In this document: positions 26,375 to 39,268 of the stretch, one piece after another
How positions within the stretch are numbered: the first letter of the stretch is position 1
Layout of the letters: the number at the start of each line of letters is the position of its first letter
From: Eledone cirrhosa
Taxonomy: Eukaryota
Length of the DNA stretch: 64,000 nt
Assembly (NCBI GenBank): GCA_964016885.1
Contig: OZ024748.1
Span: 51,832,001-51,896,000, forward strand
Direction: 5' to 3'
The notes under the pieces: model-generated
What the model was told of the DNA's origin: nothing
Seen by the model: only the letters and a program-made list of their open reading frames with translations
Database searches by the model: none
Made by a program: the position numbers and the translations under genes

Positions 26375-26514
26375 GAGTGAGACAGAAAGAGAGAAATTGT
26401 CTGTATGTGTGTTTTGCAAGAGATGTCAACATAAATGGACCTATTATTTTTATCTAAAGACATTTTTTCCGATTCCATCCCGCACGACCCCTTAATCTAT
26501 TTTTGTTTCTCATT

Positions 26515-26555
26515 CTTTCTTCTGATGAAGGACTAGCGTCCGAAACGTTAAGACC
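26515..26555 (+). ncRNA. Minimal type I hammerhead motif (family A)
   Basis: TCTT-CTGATGA-A-GGAC-tagc-GTCC-GAAA-CG-T-T-AAGA; palindromic AACGTT in stem III. Confidence 0.75.
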
Positions 26556-26632
26556 TTCTTCCTGCTATATCAAGTGTTAATATATACCTTCCATATACTG
26601 TAGCGATTATGTTGTTATTTCTGTTTACCTTT

Positions 26633-26667
<35 letters not shown>

Positions 26668-27106
26668 GATGGCTGTAACTCGATTTTAAGTAATGCCATC
26701 TCTTGATACTTAAGCATGAGTATCATGGACGTGGCTTTTTAGTCCTGCTAGAGACTTGCCCATGGCCAGCAATATCATACATCACAAAAAATGTCACATA
26801 TCAAGCGATGCCTGTGCTTGAAGCTTTTTTAAGTGAAAAAAGGCTTTGCACGGGGCCAATCCCACTCTGAACATCAATTGCATTGGCCAAAAGAGAATGA
26901 CTGATCTACAACACTGGATGCAAAGGATGTTGCAGGTTTGATATCAGAATGACCTTCTCCTACAGAGATATCTTAATGAAAACCAGGAGTCTCTCATAAA
27001 AAAAAAAAACATATATATACGTATATATTATTTTTTTTTAGTGAACCTTCAACCATCAAGATTGGTTTTTCTACGGGTATGTCAAAATTTATAAAACATA
27101 TTTTGC

Positions 27107-27170
27107 ATTTTATCTGATGAAAGCGTACAAAAATTGCCTTGGTTGCCCTTGAAATATATATAATAAAATA
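27107..27170 (+). ncRNA. Type I hammerhead motif (family B), stem II partly decayed
   Basis: ATTTTAT-CTGATGA-AAGCGTAC...GGTTGCCCTT-GAAA-TATATA-TA-ATAAAAT. Confidence 0.7.
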
Positions 27171-27262
27171 ATTATGGTGTTATAAATATAGTTTCCATTT
27201 ATTAATATATTGAATATTTACTCTAGTAACTGTTGAGTGCTTTATATCAGTTATAAAACTTT

Positions 27263-28125
27263 TAAGCTTATACCACTATTAGCCGCTAAAGGGTTCTCCC
27301 TAAAAATGAAAGGCAGGTTATATGATGCCTGCATACGAACAGCAATGTTGCATGGCAGTGAGACCTGGGCATTGTGTGCAGAGGATATACGCAGACTAGA
27401 GAGGAACGAAGCTTGCATGCTCCGCTGGATGTGTAATAGTAATATACGTGAACGGCAAAGCATAAACGAACTAAGGAAAAAATTAGAAATAAGAGGGATC
27501 AGATGTTGTTTACTCGAGAGAAGGATACGTTGGTATGGTCACGTGATGCGCATGAAAGACTACAGCTGTATAACAAAGTGCAGGGCAATAAAGATAGATG
27601 GTAGCCACGAAGTAGGCAGACCCAGGAAAACCTGGGACGAGCTGATAAATTCCGACCTCACACACTTACACCTCTCCAAGACAATGTCACTGGACCGAGA
27701 CCTTTGGCGGTACTCAGTAACAGAGAAGACCCGCCTTACCTAAATACAAAGTAAAACCTACTAGTCAGTAGGCATCTCTAACAAAATACACCCCCGTCCC
27801 ACCCCATCCACACCGCCCCCTTCAATGCAAAGTTATGTTGGTGCCACAACATCCAGGCCGAAACAAACGAGATCGTGTAGGTGTCACGACAAAAAAACAC
27901 ACAGTCCACGCTGTAATGTGGCCGTGTAGGCAACACGGTAAAAACCTCCCAGCCCCACACTGTAAATGTGGTTGGTGTTAGGAAGGGCATCCAGCTGTAG
28001 AAAACCCGTCAGACAGTCCTATGCGAGCAAGACAACCACTCTTGCCTCAAGTGGGAAAACCCCCGTCCAAACCCATGCAAGCGTGGAACAGGGACGTTAA
28101 ACGATGATGATGATGATGATGATGA
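27263..28125 (+). mobile_element. 5'-truncated RTE-clade LINE (ORF C-terminus 27263-27743, 3'UTR, (GAT)n tail)
   Basis: KGRLYDACIRTAMLHGSETW...ERRIRWYGHVMRM...GRPRKTW motifs typical of the RTE ORF C-terminal region. Confidence 0.9.
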
Positions 28126-28218
28126 ATCCCAACAAATTAAATATAACTTCTACATTATATATATATATGTATATATGTATATATATACCCCCACAGAGTG
28201 AGACAACCTTGAACAGAC

Positions 28219-28253
<35 letters not shown>

Positions 28254-28384
28254 TATGCATGTGTATGTTTATCAATAATTGCCAAAAGATCAATTATTGT
28301 GCAACAGCAGTAATTAATTGCAGAACAGGGTAAAGTCAGATCAATCCATAAAGAAATAAAAAAAAATTAAAACTGAGGTCAATG

Positions 28385-29125
28385 TATATGTAGTGTGTAT
28401 GTATGTGGATATGTGTATGTATGTGGTGTATGTGTATGTATGTGGTGTATGTGGATATGTGTATGTATGTGGTGTATGTGGATATGTGTATGTATGTGGT
28501 GTATGTGGATATGTGTATGTATGTGGTGTATGTGTATGTATGTGGTGTATGTGTGATGTGTATGTATGTGGTGTATGTGTGATGTGTATGTATGTGGTGT
28601 ATGTGTATGTATGTGGTGTATGTGTGTGGTGTATGTGTATGTATGTGGTGTATGTGTATGTATGTGGTGTATGTGTGATGTGTATGTATGTGATTTGTAT
28701 GCATATGTGTGATATGTGTCTACATGATGTGTGTAGATGTGATGTAAGTGCATGTGGTGTATATATGTGTGTGTGTGATGTATATGTTATATGTATATTT
28801 TGAGGAGAGTTGGGAGTAATAAGCCTAATGGTGTGGTTGGCGGTGGTGGGGACTGTGGTAAGGGGTCCCTTGTTGCAATGGTGGCGGTAGGGAGAAGGGG
28901 GAAGGGGTTATGGGATCAGGGGCAGGGTAGGGGCTTGGTTATATGAAGGAAGAAATGGCTGCTAGTGTGTGTATGTATGTATGTGTATTCTGTGTGTATG
29001 TCTGTGTGTATGTGTTTGTGTGTATGTGTGTATGTATGTGTGTATGTATGTGTGTCTGTGTGTATGTGTGTGTGTGTGTGTGTGTATGTGTGTCTGTATA
29101 TGTATGTATGTGTGTATGTGTGTGC
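28385..29125. repeat. GT/ATGT low-complexity repeats
   Basis: Direct inspection. Confidence 0.85.
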
Positions 29126-29270
29126 GTGTTCATTAACCACCTGATTCCTCATGTAAGGAAGAAACAAAATTACCAATACAGCCACCATATTGCTTCTTGT
29201 GGAAACTTGCCATAAAGGTGTGGACAGCTATTTCATTAACCTGTGTTTGTTATGAGTCTGTCTGTCTGTC

Positions 29271-30605
29271 AGTGTGATGTATGTATGTGAGTGTGATGTA
29301 TATATGTGAGTGTGATGTATATATGTGAGTGTGATGTATATATGTGAGTGTGATGTATGTATGTGAGTGTGATGTATGTATGTGAGTGTGATGTATATAT
29401 GTGAGTGTGATGTATGTATGTGAGTGTGATGTATGTATGTGAGTGTGATGTATATATGTGAGTGTGATGTATATATGTGAGTGTGATGTATATATGTGAG
29501 TGTGATGTATGTATGTGAGTGTGATGTATGTATGTGAGTGTGATGTATATATGTGAGTGTGATGTATATATGTTAGTGTGATGTATGTATGTGAGTGTGA
29601 TGTATGTATGTGAGTGTGATGTATATATGTGAGTGTGATGTATATATGTGAGTGTGATGTATATATGTGAGTGTGATGTATATATGTGAGTGTGATGTAT
29701 GTATGTGAGTGTGATGTATGTATGTGAGTGTGATGTATATATGTGAGTGTGATGTATGTATGTGAGTGTGATGTATATATGTGAGTGTGATGTATATATG
29801 TGAGTGTGATGTATGTATGTGAGTGTGATGTATGTATGTCAGTGTGATGTATGTATGTGAGTGTGATGTATATATGTGAGTGTGATGTATATATGTGAGT
29901 GTGATGTATATATGTGAGTGTGATGTATGTATGTGAGTGTGATGTATATATGTGAGTGTGATGTATGTATGTGAGTGTGATGTATATATGTGAGTGTGAT
30001 GTATGTATGTGAGTGTGATGTATATATGTGAGTGTGATGTATGTATGTGAGTGTGATGTATATATGTGAGTGTGATGTATGTATGTGAGTGTGATGTATA
30101 TATGTGAGTGTGATGTATGTATGTGAGTGTGATGTATGTATGTCAGTGTGATGTATATATGTGAGTGTGATGTATATATGTGAGTGTGATGTATGTATGT
30201 GAGTGTGATGTATGTATGTCAGTGTGATGTATATATGTGAGTGTGATGTATATATGTGAGTGTGATGTATGTATGTGAGTGTGATGTATGTATGTGAGTG
30301 TGATGTATGTATGTCAGTGTGATGTATATATGTGAGTGTGATGTATATATGTGAGTGTGATGTATGTATGTGAGTGTGATGTATATATGTTAGTGTGATG
30401 TATGTATGTGAGTGTGATGTATGTATGTGAGTGTGATGTATATATGTGAGTGTGATGTATGTATGTGAGTGTGATGTATGTATGTGAGTGTGATGTATGT
30501 ATGTGAGTGTGATGTATGTATGTGAGTGTGATGTATGTATGTGAGTGTGATGTATGTATGTGAGTGTGATGTATGTATGTGAGTGTGATGTATGTATGTG
30601 AGTGT
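29271..30605. repeat. 19-bp minisatellite gtgtgatgtatRtatgtga, ~70 units
   Basis: Constant 19-bp period with G/A dimorphism and rare gtca/gtta variants. Confidence 0.95.
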
Positions 30606-30850
30606 GTGATATATGTAAGTGTAAGTGATGTTTGTATGTGTATGTATGTCAGTGTGATGTATGTATGTGTGACTGATGTATGTATGTGTATGTGTGTGAG
30701 TGTGATGTATGTATGTGTGTGAGTGATGTATGTATGTGTATGTCTGTCAGTGTGATGTATGTGTGAGTGATGTATGTGTGATGTATGTATGAGTATATGT
30801 GTCTGTGAGTGTGATGTACATGTGTTAGTGTGATTATATATATATATATA

Positions 30851-31746
30851 CTAGCAGTGGTACCCAGCGTTGCACAGGATAACGTATTTTGGAACGCAGG
30901 CAGCCAACAGACCTAATCGTGGAAAAACTGCATGCCTGGACAATATATAAAGAAAATAAACCGAATACTCTGATGGCTGGATAATCTTTAAGATTTTCCT
31001 CGATGAAGCAGAGAAAATGCAGGTTTTCAACTAATACGGGCCCTAGGGGATCAATAAAATAAAAAAATTTTATGTGCATAATATGCCTTGAAATTTCGGA
31101 AAAATCGGCTAGACATAACGCCTCAAAAAACCCCTAAAAAGCTAGCCCTAGGCCATAAAAAGGTTGGATTTTCTTTACTCACGGTATGAAGAAGAGACTG
31201 ACTAATACATAGTTACAATTTCAAGGAAATCGGTCTGATGTAACGCCTCAAAAATCTCATAAAAAGCTTTAAAAACGCAGTTTTTCACCTAATGCGGGCG
31301 CTAGGAGATCAAAAAGTTGAATATTTTTATATGCATAACACTCCCTGAAACATAAGTAATACACATGTAAAGTTTGAAAAAAATCGGTTGGGTACTTCTA
31401 GAGTTTTAGGGATTCAAACTCACACACGCACAGACAGACATCATCAGGGAAGTGACGTAATGCAGACAGCCAGACATACAGACAGATATTATAAGGGCGC
31501 GGCGTTATATGTATGTATCTATCTAAAAAGAGAAAGACTAAGAATTATAGAGAGACATCGCTAAATCGCCTAATGCGGTCCCTAGGGCATTGAAAATTTG
31601 AAATTGGTTTGCTCAGAACACTCCCTGAAACACAAGTATTATATGTGTAAAGTTTGAAAACAGTCGGTTGGGTGCTTCTCGAGTTTTAGGGATTCAAACT
31701 CACACTCACACACAGACAGACATCCTCAGTTTTATATATATATAGA
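30851..31746 (-). mobile_element. Non-autonomous Helitron
   Basis: Minus strand A|TCTATATATATATAAAACTGAGGATGTCTGTCTG...cctgtgcaacgctgggtaccactgCTAG|T: 5'TC, 3'CTAG, GC-rich subterminal hairpin remnant, AT target; internal sub-repeats at ~31030, 31288, 31569. Confidence 0.8.
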
Positions 31747-31795
31747 TGATGATGTATATATGTGTGTGATGATATATATATTTGTGTGTTCGATG

Positions 31796-31827
<32 letters not shown>

Positions 31828-32667
31828 GTGAGTCCCTGTGAGTCCTGTGTGATTATATATGTGGCATTATGTATATGTGCCTTAGTGTGTTTTGGTATAT
31901 GGGTGTGTATGTTTGTATTGGCGTGCTTTTGTTGCATACCTGTGTGTAAGGGTGTGTTTTGCTTTGTGTGTATGTGCCTTGGTGTGTGTGTGTGTGTGTG
32001 TGTAGGTGTGTGAGCATGAATAAATGTGTGTGTTAGTCAATGTTTATGTATTATTGTGTGTAAGCATTATTGTATGTGAATGTTACTGAATGTGTTTGAG
32101 GGTTGAATGTGAGCAGAAATTCCTTGTTGCTAATGTAGATGAGAAGGATTGGACATTGAACTTAGAGGAATGAGGAAGAGAAACTTGGAATTACAGTACC
32201 AGAGAGTCCTTCTTGCTAATGTAGAAGTGAGGGAAGTGCGTGGTTGGTTTGTTTAGCCTTAAGCCATCCCTTTTCAAGCAAACCAACCTATGATCAAGTT
32301 GCCTTCCAGCCATAATCAACCTGTTGATTCTTCAAGCATTTTATTTGGGATTACATTTTCTAACGTGTTGTTTTTTTTTTTTCTGATAGCTACCGTGTGA
32401 TATGGTGGAGATTCACCAACTATTTCTCGCAGTATGAATGACCCATTCTCCTCATTCTTTGCCCACATATTCCTGGGAGGATCATAGAGGCAAAGTCCTC
32501 AAACACTCCCTCCAGCAGGTTCTGTGAGAAACAACCATCACCCCAAGTGAGACCAACCAAGCTCATGAATGTTATCTAATCATCTTGCTTGATGTCTACC
32601 CCTGGGCGTTCTACTGATCGGTTTTGCTTATAAAATCTTTCCAGTGATTCTTTCCTGAGACATTCTA

Positions 32668-33060
32668 ACCATCTTGCCAACAACAACCCTGAGTACCTTT
32701 TTGATTTCCATGTGTCTAACACACGCGGGCATGCCCACAAAGTCAGAAAACAGCACGGTTCCCATGACTTTCGAAAACATTTTTTCATACTCAGAGTTGC
32801 TGAAGCATGGAACAAACTACCTGCATCAGTTGTTAGCTGTCGAGACACTGCATCCTTTAAAACCTCCATGCTTCCTGAGATTCGCCAACACTACACCTAA
32901 TATTGCCCCTCCATACATATATACACACATGTATATCATGACTCATACACTATTCACTTCCCTGACATTTGTATATTATTCTATGTACTATACATGCACC
33001 TTTGACGAGTTGTAGTGCACCTGAGCACTTTACACAATAATTTCATTGTTATTATTATTT
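32668..33060 (+). mobile_element. CR1/L2-type LINE ORF2 C-terminus and 3'UTR
   Basis: SNTRGHAHKVRK...RKHFFILRVAEAWNKLPASVV...SFK matches the CR1 ORF2 end pattern; (TTA)n tail. Confidence 0.85.
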
Positions 33061-33944
33061 AATACCGAAGTTGTGGACTCTCAGACTACCCATGTTTGAT
33101 GTATAAAAATGGAGAATTTATACAGCATATTGATTCCTCTTTTGTGTTATATTCAGGACTGTCCTGTTTGCAAAGAATAAGAAACCACAGATTATTGCTA
33201 ATGAATACATCAATCACTATGAGCAGTACTGTTGAGGATTGTCATCACAGGTGGTCTTCTTGAAGTGTTGTGCTCACTTACAAGGAGTATACCTCAATCA
33301 GACACTGGGAGTGGAAGATTTAGGATTATAAGCCAGTTGTTACAACAGACTCCTGGAATTATATCCTTGGTTTCAGGCCACCATATTGTTTTTGCTCATA
33401 TTTCATTACATTAAATTGTTTATCTAGTTAAATATGCAGGCCCCACTTGGTCACGAATGACCATGGTTTTGCACCTAGAAAGTTTCGCTCCGAGGCACAA
33501 GCCTGGGCAAGATTTGTTTTTTGGAAGACCAGCAGTCACCCATGTATACCAATCTCCCCGCTCCATACCACTGATGTTGTCCAAGGGAAAGGCAATGACC
33601 GATACAGCTTGGCACCAGTGACATCGCAACTCATTTCTACAGCTGAGTAAACTGGAGCAATGTGAAATAAAGTGTCTTGCTCAAGGATATAACGCATCAC
33701 CCAGTCTGAGAATCTAATTCACAACCTCTCAATTGCAAGCCCAATGCTCTAACCACTAAGCCTTCACAAGCCATGCGCCTTCACAAATTAAATAATCCAT
33801 AAATATAATGACATTTTTGTAATATTCTTTAGGAAATTCAGTTCAGAAATCCTCACTGAAAATTTCATGTATTTGTCTTTATTATACATACAAGTTTTGT
33901 ATGGACATGTTGGTAAAAGATTCAGTGTTCACTATTTGGTTTAA

Positions 33945-34146
33945 CACTTTAGTATTTTCATTACTCTATATTTACTATTTTATTTTCATATAATTATTTC
34001 ACATAATATCAAATCTATGAGATTTTGATATTATTTATTTTGAGAACAATACCTTTATCTAAGTACAAGCTGACAGCTATAGCTGATTTAAACAGAAAGA
34101 TATGAAAGAATTCTGGCAAGATATGGCTGCTTTAAATGCTAAAGGG
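33945..34146 (+). mobile_element. piggyBac-type MITE (unexpanded relative of 8838-9341)
   Basis: TTAA|CACTTTAGTATTT...TAAATGCTAAAGGG|TTAA. Confidence 0.8.
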
Positions 34147-34345
34147 TTAAGGAAGTAGTGTCAAAACAATGCTAAGGAATGTAATCATATATGGCCACCA
34201 GGGAGGGATGAGTTAAGAAATCTTGTTTTCTGAGGCCCACAAAAGGTCTGTAGTACTAAACAAAGGAAAATAAGCTAGGATACCATGTCATCAACAAACC
34301 AGATACCTGATCCAAATATTTGTAATTAATCAAACACTTCTAACA

Positions 34346-34530
34346 TTTACTCTGGTCTCTGTCAAGACCTCTGGCTTCCTTGGGCCCTGCACTGTGGATT
34401 TCCTCCATAAAGTTGAAAAGATAGCCACTGGCCTGAGGAGGGAACCCCATGAGGTGGGTTTGCTGTTGCAGTGGGTGTCTCTGGCCATTTTGTTCACGGG
34501 GCACAGCTGAGGCACCACTCAGACTGAGGT
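34346..34530 (+). mobile_element. Degenerate CRE-like non-LTR retrotransposon C-terminal (REL endonuclease end) fragment
   Basis: FTLVSVKTSGFLGPCTVDFLHKVEKIATGLRREPHEVGLLLQWVSLAI resembles F.P.AVET.G..GP....FL......A.....EP.....L.Q..S.AI. Confidence 0.5.
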
Positions 34531-34804
34531 GGAGTCTGTCCCTTCTTCCCTCCCTTTCTTTTATTGATTGGTATTTTTTTCTTTTTCTTCTTTTCATTTT
34601 GCTTCTTTTTTTTTTTAAACCAATCTTGACTGTCACATCTTCCTATTTACACAAACTAAGTTTTCATTTCATTTCATTTCATTTCCCAAACTCTATTATT
34701 CAATGTGTCCTTTTCTGGAAGATGGTAAAAGATAATATGAGGAAAACCTGGTTTCTATTTCTAACAGAATGAACAGCCAGGTAGAGGTCAACACATTGAC
34801 AAGC

Positions 34805-35430
34805 AATAATGGTTTCTTATATAGGCACAAGGCCAGCAATTTTGGGGGAGGGAAAAGTCGATTAAATCAACCCCAATGCATGACTGGTACTTTATTTTAT
34901 CGACCCTGTAATGATGAAAGACAAGGTTAACCTAAGCGGGATTTGAACTCAGATCGTAAAGGGCGGTAACTCTATGCTACAAAGCATGGCGTCTGACCCT
35001 CTACCGATACTGCCAATCCACTGCCAAGCAATAATTGTTTCTACTTTTGGCACAAGGCCAGCAATTACCCAGTGTATTACTGGTACTTTATTTTATCGAC
35101 CCCGTAAGGATGAAAGGCAAAGTTAACCTCAGCGGGATTTGAACTCAGATCGTAAAGGGACGTAACTACGCTGGAAAGCATGTCTGACCCTCTACCAATA
35201 CTGCCAATTCACCCAAGCAATAATTGTTTCTACTTTAGGCACAAGGCCAGCAATTACCCAGTGTATTACTGGTACTTTATTTTATCGACCCCGTAAGGAT
35301 GAAAGGCAAAGTCAACCTCGGCGGGATTTGAACTCAGATCGTAAAGGGACGTAACTATGCTGGAAAGCATGGCGTCCGACCCTCTACCGATACTGCCAAT
35401 CCACCGCCCTGCCAATACTGCCAATTCACC
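34805..35430 (-). mobile_element. Head-to-tail array of three SINE family A copies
   Basis: Units ~34805-35027, 35028-35217, 35218-35410; junction ccaagcaataat repeated. Confidence 0.9.
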
Positions 35431-35888
35431 CAAGCAATAATGATACTGAGTTGGGCTGTTAATTGACTTCCATGCCCAAAATTGGTACCAGCTCTAGAGA
35501 TATAGAAGACATATCTCTTCTAAGGAATTTCAGTGTGTTAAAGGAAGACCCAAATATTTCCTATGGCAAAATACTAAATGAGAAAATGTCTGCATATTAT
35601 TATTATTGGCATATTGGATTGGCAGTATCAGTAGAGCGTCAGTCACCATGATCGTCAGTTCGATTCCTGGACCAGGGGATGCGTTATGTCCTTGAGCAAG
35701 ACACTATATTTCACGTTGGTCCTTCTACCTGGAGTTGCGACCGATAGATAGTATTAGCAATTGGAAGGACTAATGGAAACATTGTTTCCTCAGTCCGATT
35801 TGACGAAAGTCGATCGTCTGTCGAAATACTTTGTTCTGGCTCTTTACATCCAGAGTTCAAATCCCACTATATATATATTTTTACTCTC

Positions 35889-35937
<49 letters not shown>

Positions 35938-35999
35938 GATATATATATATATATATATACGATATTAATAAATGGAAACTATATTTATAAAACCATATT

Positions 36000-36064
36000 T
36001 ATTTCATTATACATATTTCAGGGATACCACATTAAATTATGGTATGCCTTCATCAGACAAAATA
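36000..36064 (-). ncRNA. Type I hammerhead ribozyme (family B)
   Basis: Reverse complement of 36144-36208. Confidence 0.85.
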
Positions 36065-36143
36065 CAATATATAACAGTTTTACAAATAGGTTTGACGTAC
36101 CCTTTAAAATACAACCATTACTTTTGGAGGCTGTTATATATTG

Positions 36144-36208
36144 TATTTTGTCTGATGAAGGCATACCATAATTTAATGTGGTATCCCTGAAATATGTATA
36201 ATGAAATA
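36144..36208 (+). ncRNA. Type I hammerhead ribozyme (family B)
   Basis: TATTTTGT-CTGATGA-AGGcATACCA-taatttaatg-TGGTATcCCT-GAAA-TATGTA-TA-ATGAAATA. Confidence 0.85.
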
Positions 36209-36336
36209 AATATAGTTTTATAAATATAGTTTCCATTTATTAATATTGTATATCTACTCCAAAAATTTGTCGAGTGCTTTATATCAGTTATAAAAATATT
36301 TACTTGTTGTATCCCAACAACTTTAAATAGAACTTT

Positions 36337-36375
<39 letters not shown>

Positions 36376-36818
36376 ATACTTGGGGAGGGTCATATTTGAG
36401 TAATAATATTGCCAGAATTATTAACAGAACACACTCACTGTTTGGTTGGTTTTCGCTTCTGTGTCCTTTATATCGGTTAATTTAATTTATTCGGTCCTCA
36501 ATGTTGCCACTGACTGACCAACGGTCAAAAATACAGATACAATATAGACACAAACACATATATATAGTCTATCAAAGTTCTTTCGTTGCACATCTGCATA
36601 TATATATATTGTAAAGTGGTCTTGTTAGCATCACGACAAAAAGCACCCAGTACTCACTGTAAATGAGGTTGGCATTAGAAAGGGCATCCAGCCGTAGAAA
36701 CCAAGCCACAATCAGTTCTTTATGAGAAAGACATGGTCACCAGATCTAGTATTGCCCACAACCGGACAATTGGTCTAACCTATGCTAGCATGGAAAAATT
36801 GACCTATAACGGTTATGA

Positions 36819-36865
<47 letters not shown>

Positions 36866-36869
<4 letters not shown>

Positions 36870-37093
36870 CACACAGTCCACGCTGTAATGTGGCCGTGTA
36901 GGTAACACGGTAAAAACCTCCCAGTCCACACTGTAAACGTGGTTGGTGTTAGGCAGGGCAGCCAGCCATAGAAAACCTGCCAGACAGTCCTATGCGAGCA
37001 AGACAACCACTCTTGCCTCAAGTGGGAAAACTCCCGTCCAAACCCATGCAAGCATGGAAGATGGACGTTAAACGATGATGATGATGATGATGA

Positions 37094-37097
<4 letters not shown>
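36866..37097 (+). mobile_element. RTE 3'UTR fragment (also 41075-41275 +, 49185-49372 -, 61087-61455 +)
   Basis: Near identity to 27895-28125. Confidence 0.85.
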
Positions 37098-37131
<34 letters not shown>

Positions 37132-37337
37132 CTAAGTTGAGATTAAGGTTGTGTGGTGACATATGTAACATGGTTCAATAACACACTGTTTCATTGTTGA
37201 TTTTGTTGTTGTTGTCATTATAGCTGGTAGGTTAGCTAGACAATCCTATTTTAAATTGTTTATGAAATAATCTTATATGTACTGTAGAAGCACCAGTAAT
37301 ACAGCTGCTGTTAATAGTAGTGGTAACGGTGGTAGAG

Positions 37338-37369
<32 letters not shown>

Positions 37370-37987
37370 GGCAGTGATATTAATAGTAGTAGTGGTGGTA
37401 GTAGTGGCGACAGCAATTGGCCATGGGCAGCACTTTTAGTTGTTTTTGATGTTTTTGTGTTCTGTTTTTCATGCTCTGAGAGTGGAGGCAGTAGATTTAA
37501 AGACAACCCAAGTGTTACAAACTAACAATGCCACTGCCTAGAAAACAGTTATTGATGGAAGAAAAATCTTTCTTCCATCAAGTTTACAAGTGGTAAACCT
37601 AGACAGTAACATCCAATGTGGTGGGGTGCAGAAGTTGTGTGTGGACCACACCAGGTGATTCTATCAGATAGAGGGTAATACCTCAAAACATTAATAAAGG
37701 TTGTGTATTGTCTGGTATGGTACATATTCATGAAGTGGAGGGGGAGAAGGGACAGCATCAGTTACTGCACTGGGTGAGAACAACCCTAGTAACTCCTAGA
37801 ATCTATGTTGTTTGCATGTATGTAACTGCACTTTCCTTCCCCACCCCACACAAACTTTCAGTTATTTCAGCACCCTTTGGTGTTTCAATCTTTCACCCCA
37901 CTTCAGCAATAAAAAAAAAATAATAATGGTTTCTTTATTTTTTTTTATTATTTTTTTCTTTTTATTTAAAAAATAATAATGATAATA

Positions 37988-38378
37988 ATAATTGTTTCTA
38001 CTTTTGGCACAAGGCCAGCAATTATCCCAGTGCATTACTGGTACTTTATTTTATCGACCCTATAAGGATGAAAGGCAAAGTTAACCTTGGCGGAATTTGA
38101 ACTCAGAATGGAAAGGCCCGTAACTCTATGCTGCAAAGCATGGCGTCAGACCCTCTAACGATTCTATTTAAAATATAATAATGATAATAATAATTGTTTC
38201 TACTTTAGGCACAAGGCCAGCAATTATCCCAGTGCATTACGGGTACTTTATTTTATCGACCCCGTAAGGATGAAGGGCAAAGTTAACCTCGGTGGGATTT
38301 GAACTCAGATTGTAAAGTGCCGTAACTCTATGCTGCAAAGCATGGCATCTGACCCTCTACCTATACTGCCAATCCAAA
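37988..38378 (-). mobile_element. Two tandem SINE family A copies
   Basis: Units 37988-38165 and 38190-38378, each preceded by taataatgataataataattg. Confidence 0.9.
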
Positions 38379-38629
38379 TGATAATAATAATGTACCCACT
38401 CATGAATCTCAGCACGAGGCCTTTACATTTCAGTGCCTCCACCTAGCAAGTGTTGTAAACAATATGACTCTGTCAAACAACATTTGCTACTGTAGTGGAT
38501 GGAATTTAATACTGGCTTTATTTTCAAATAAAACTTGTCTAATTTATAAACAGTAAACCATCATGTTATAACCATGCCTCTCTTTCACTGTATTACCACT
38601 GTATTTCACTGTATTTCACTGTATTACCA

Positions 38630-38950
38630 GGTGGCAAATTGGCAGAGTCATTAGAACATACGGTAGAATGCTTTAAAGTATTCATTTCAGCTCTTTGCTG
38701 TCTGAGTTCAAATCCTGCCGAGGTAAAAAAAAAGTACCAGTCAAATAGTGAGGTCAATTCTTTCCCTATATATATATATATATCTCACTTCCATTTTCTC
38801 ACTCTCTATCTTTCTCCAGAAGAAATCTAGAGATTCAGGCCTTGTTAGGAGATGGGCTCAGCCAGGTTTTAAAAATACCCTAGAAACAGCATATGTCAGT
38901 ATGGCAACCCTAACAACTTCAGGAGTTACGGGACCATATTTACATACATA
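38630..38950 (+). mobile_element. SINE family B, full length
   Basis: ggtggcaaattggcagagtcattaga head, gagttcaaatcc, tail ggagttacgggaccatatttacatacata. Confidence 0.75.
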
Positions 38951-39237
38951 GTGTTAACATAAACAAAGTAAAGATTTTGCCAACAAAATAATAAATAAAT
39001 CCAAACCTGGGGTGTGAGGAAAGAAAGGGAGATGTTGCAAATGTTGGTTCACTCGGAGCGTAACCCTCTGTCATCATATTACAGTTCAACAACTAATACT
39101 AGAACTAATACTTGTAATATTACTCTGGATACTACTACTGCCATATTGTTAAATGTTGGTTGACTGATCACCACAGTCTCACACATGAACATATACAAGT
39201 GTGCCCACACTTACACATACACACGTTTACATTCATG

Positions 39238-39268
<31 letters not shown>

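Larger units (their letters stand above)
35962..36340. mobile_element. Penelope-like pLTR remnant as a near-perfect inverted repeat with a hammerhead on each strand
   Basis: Arms 35962-36077 and 36131-36246; flanked by (TA)n on both sides. Confidence 0.8.
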
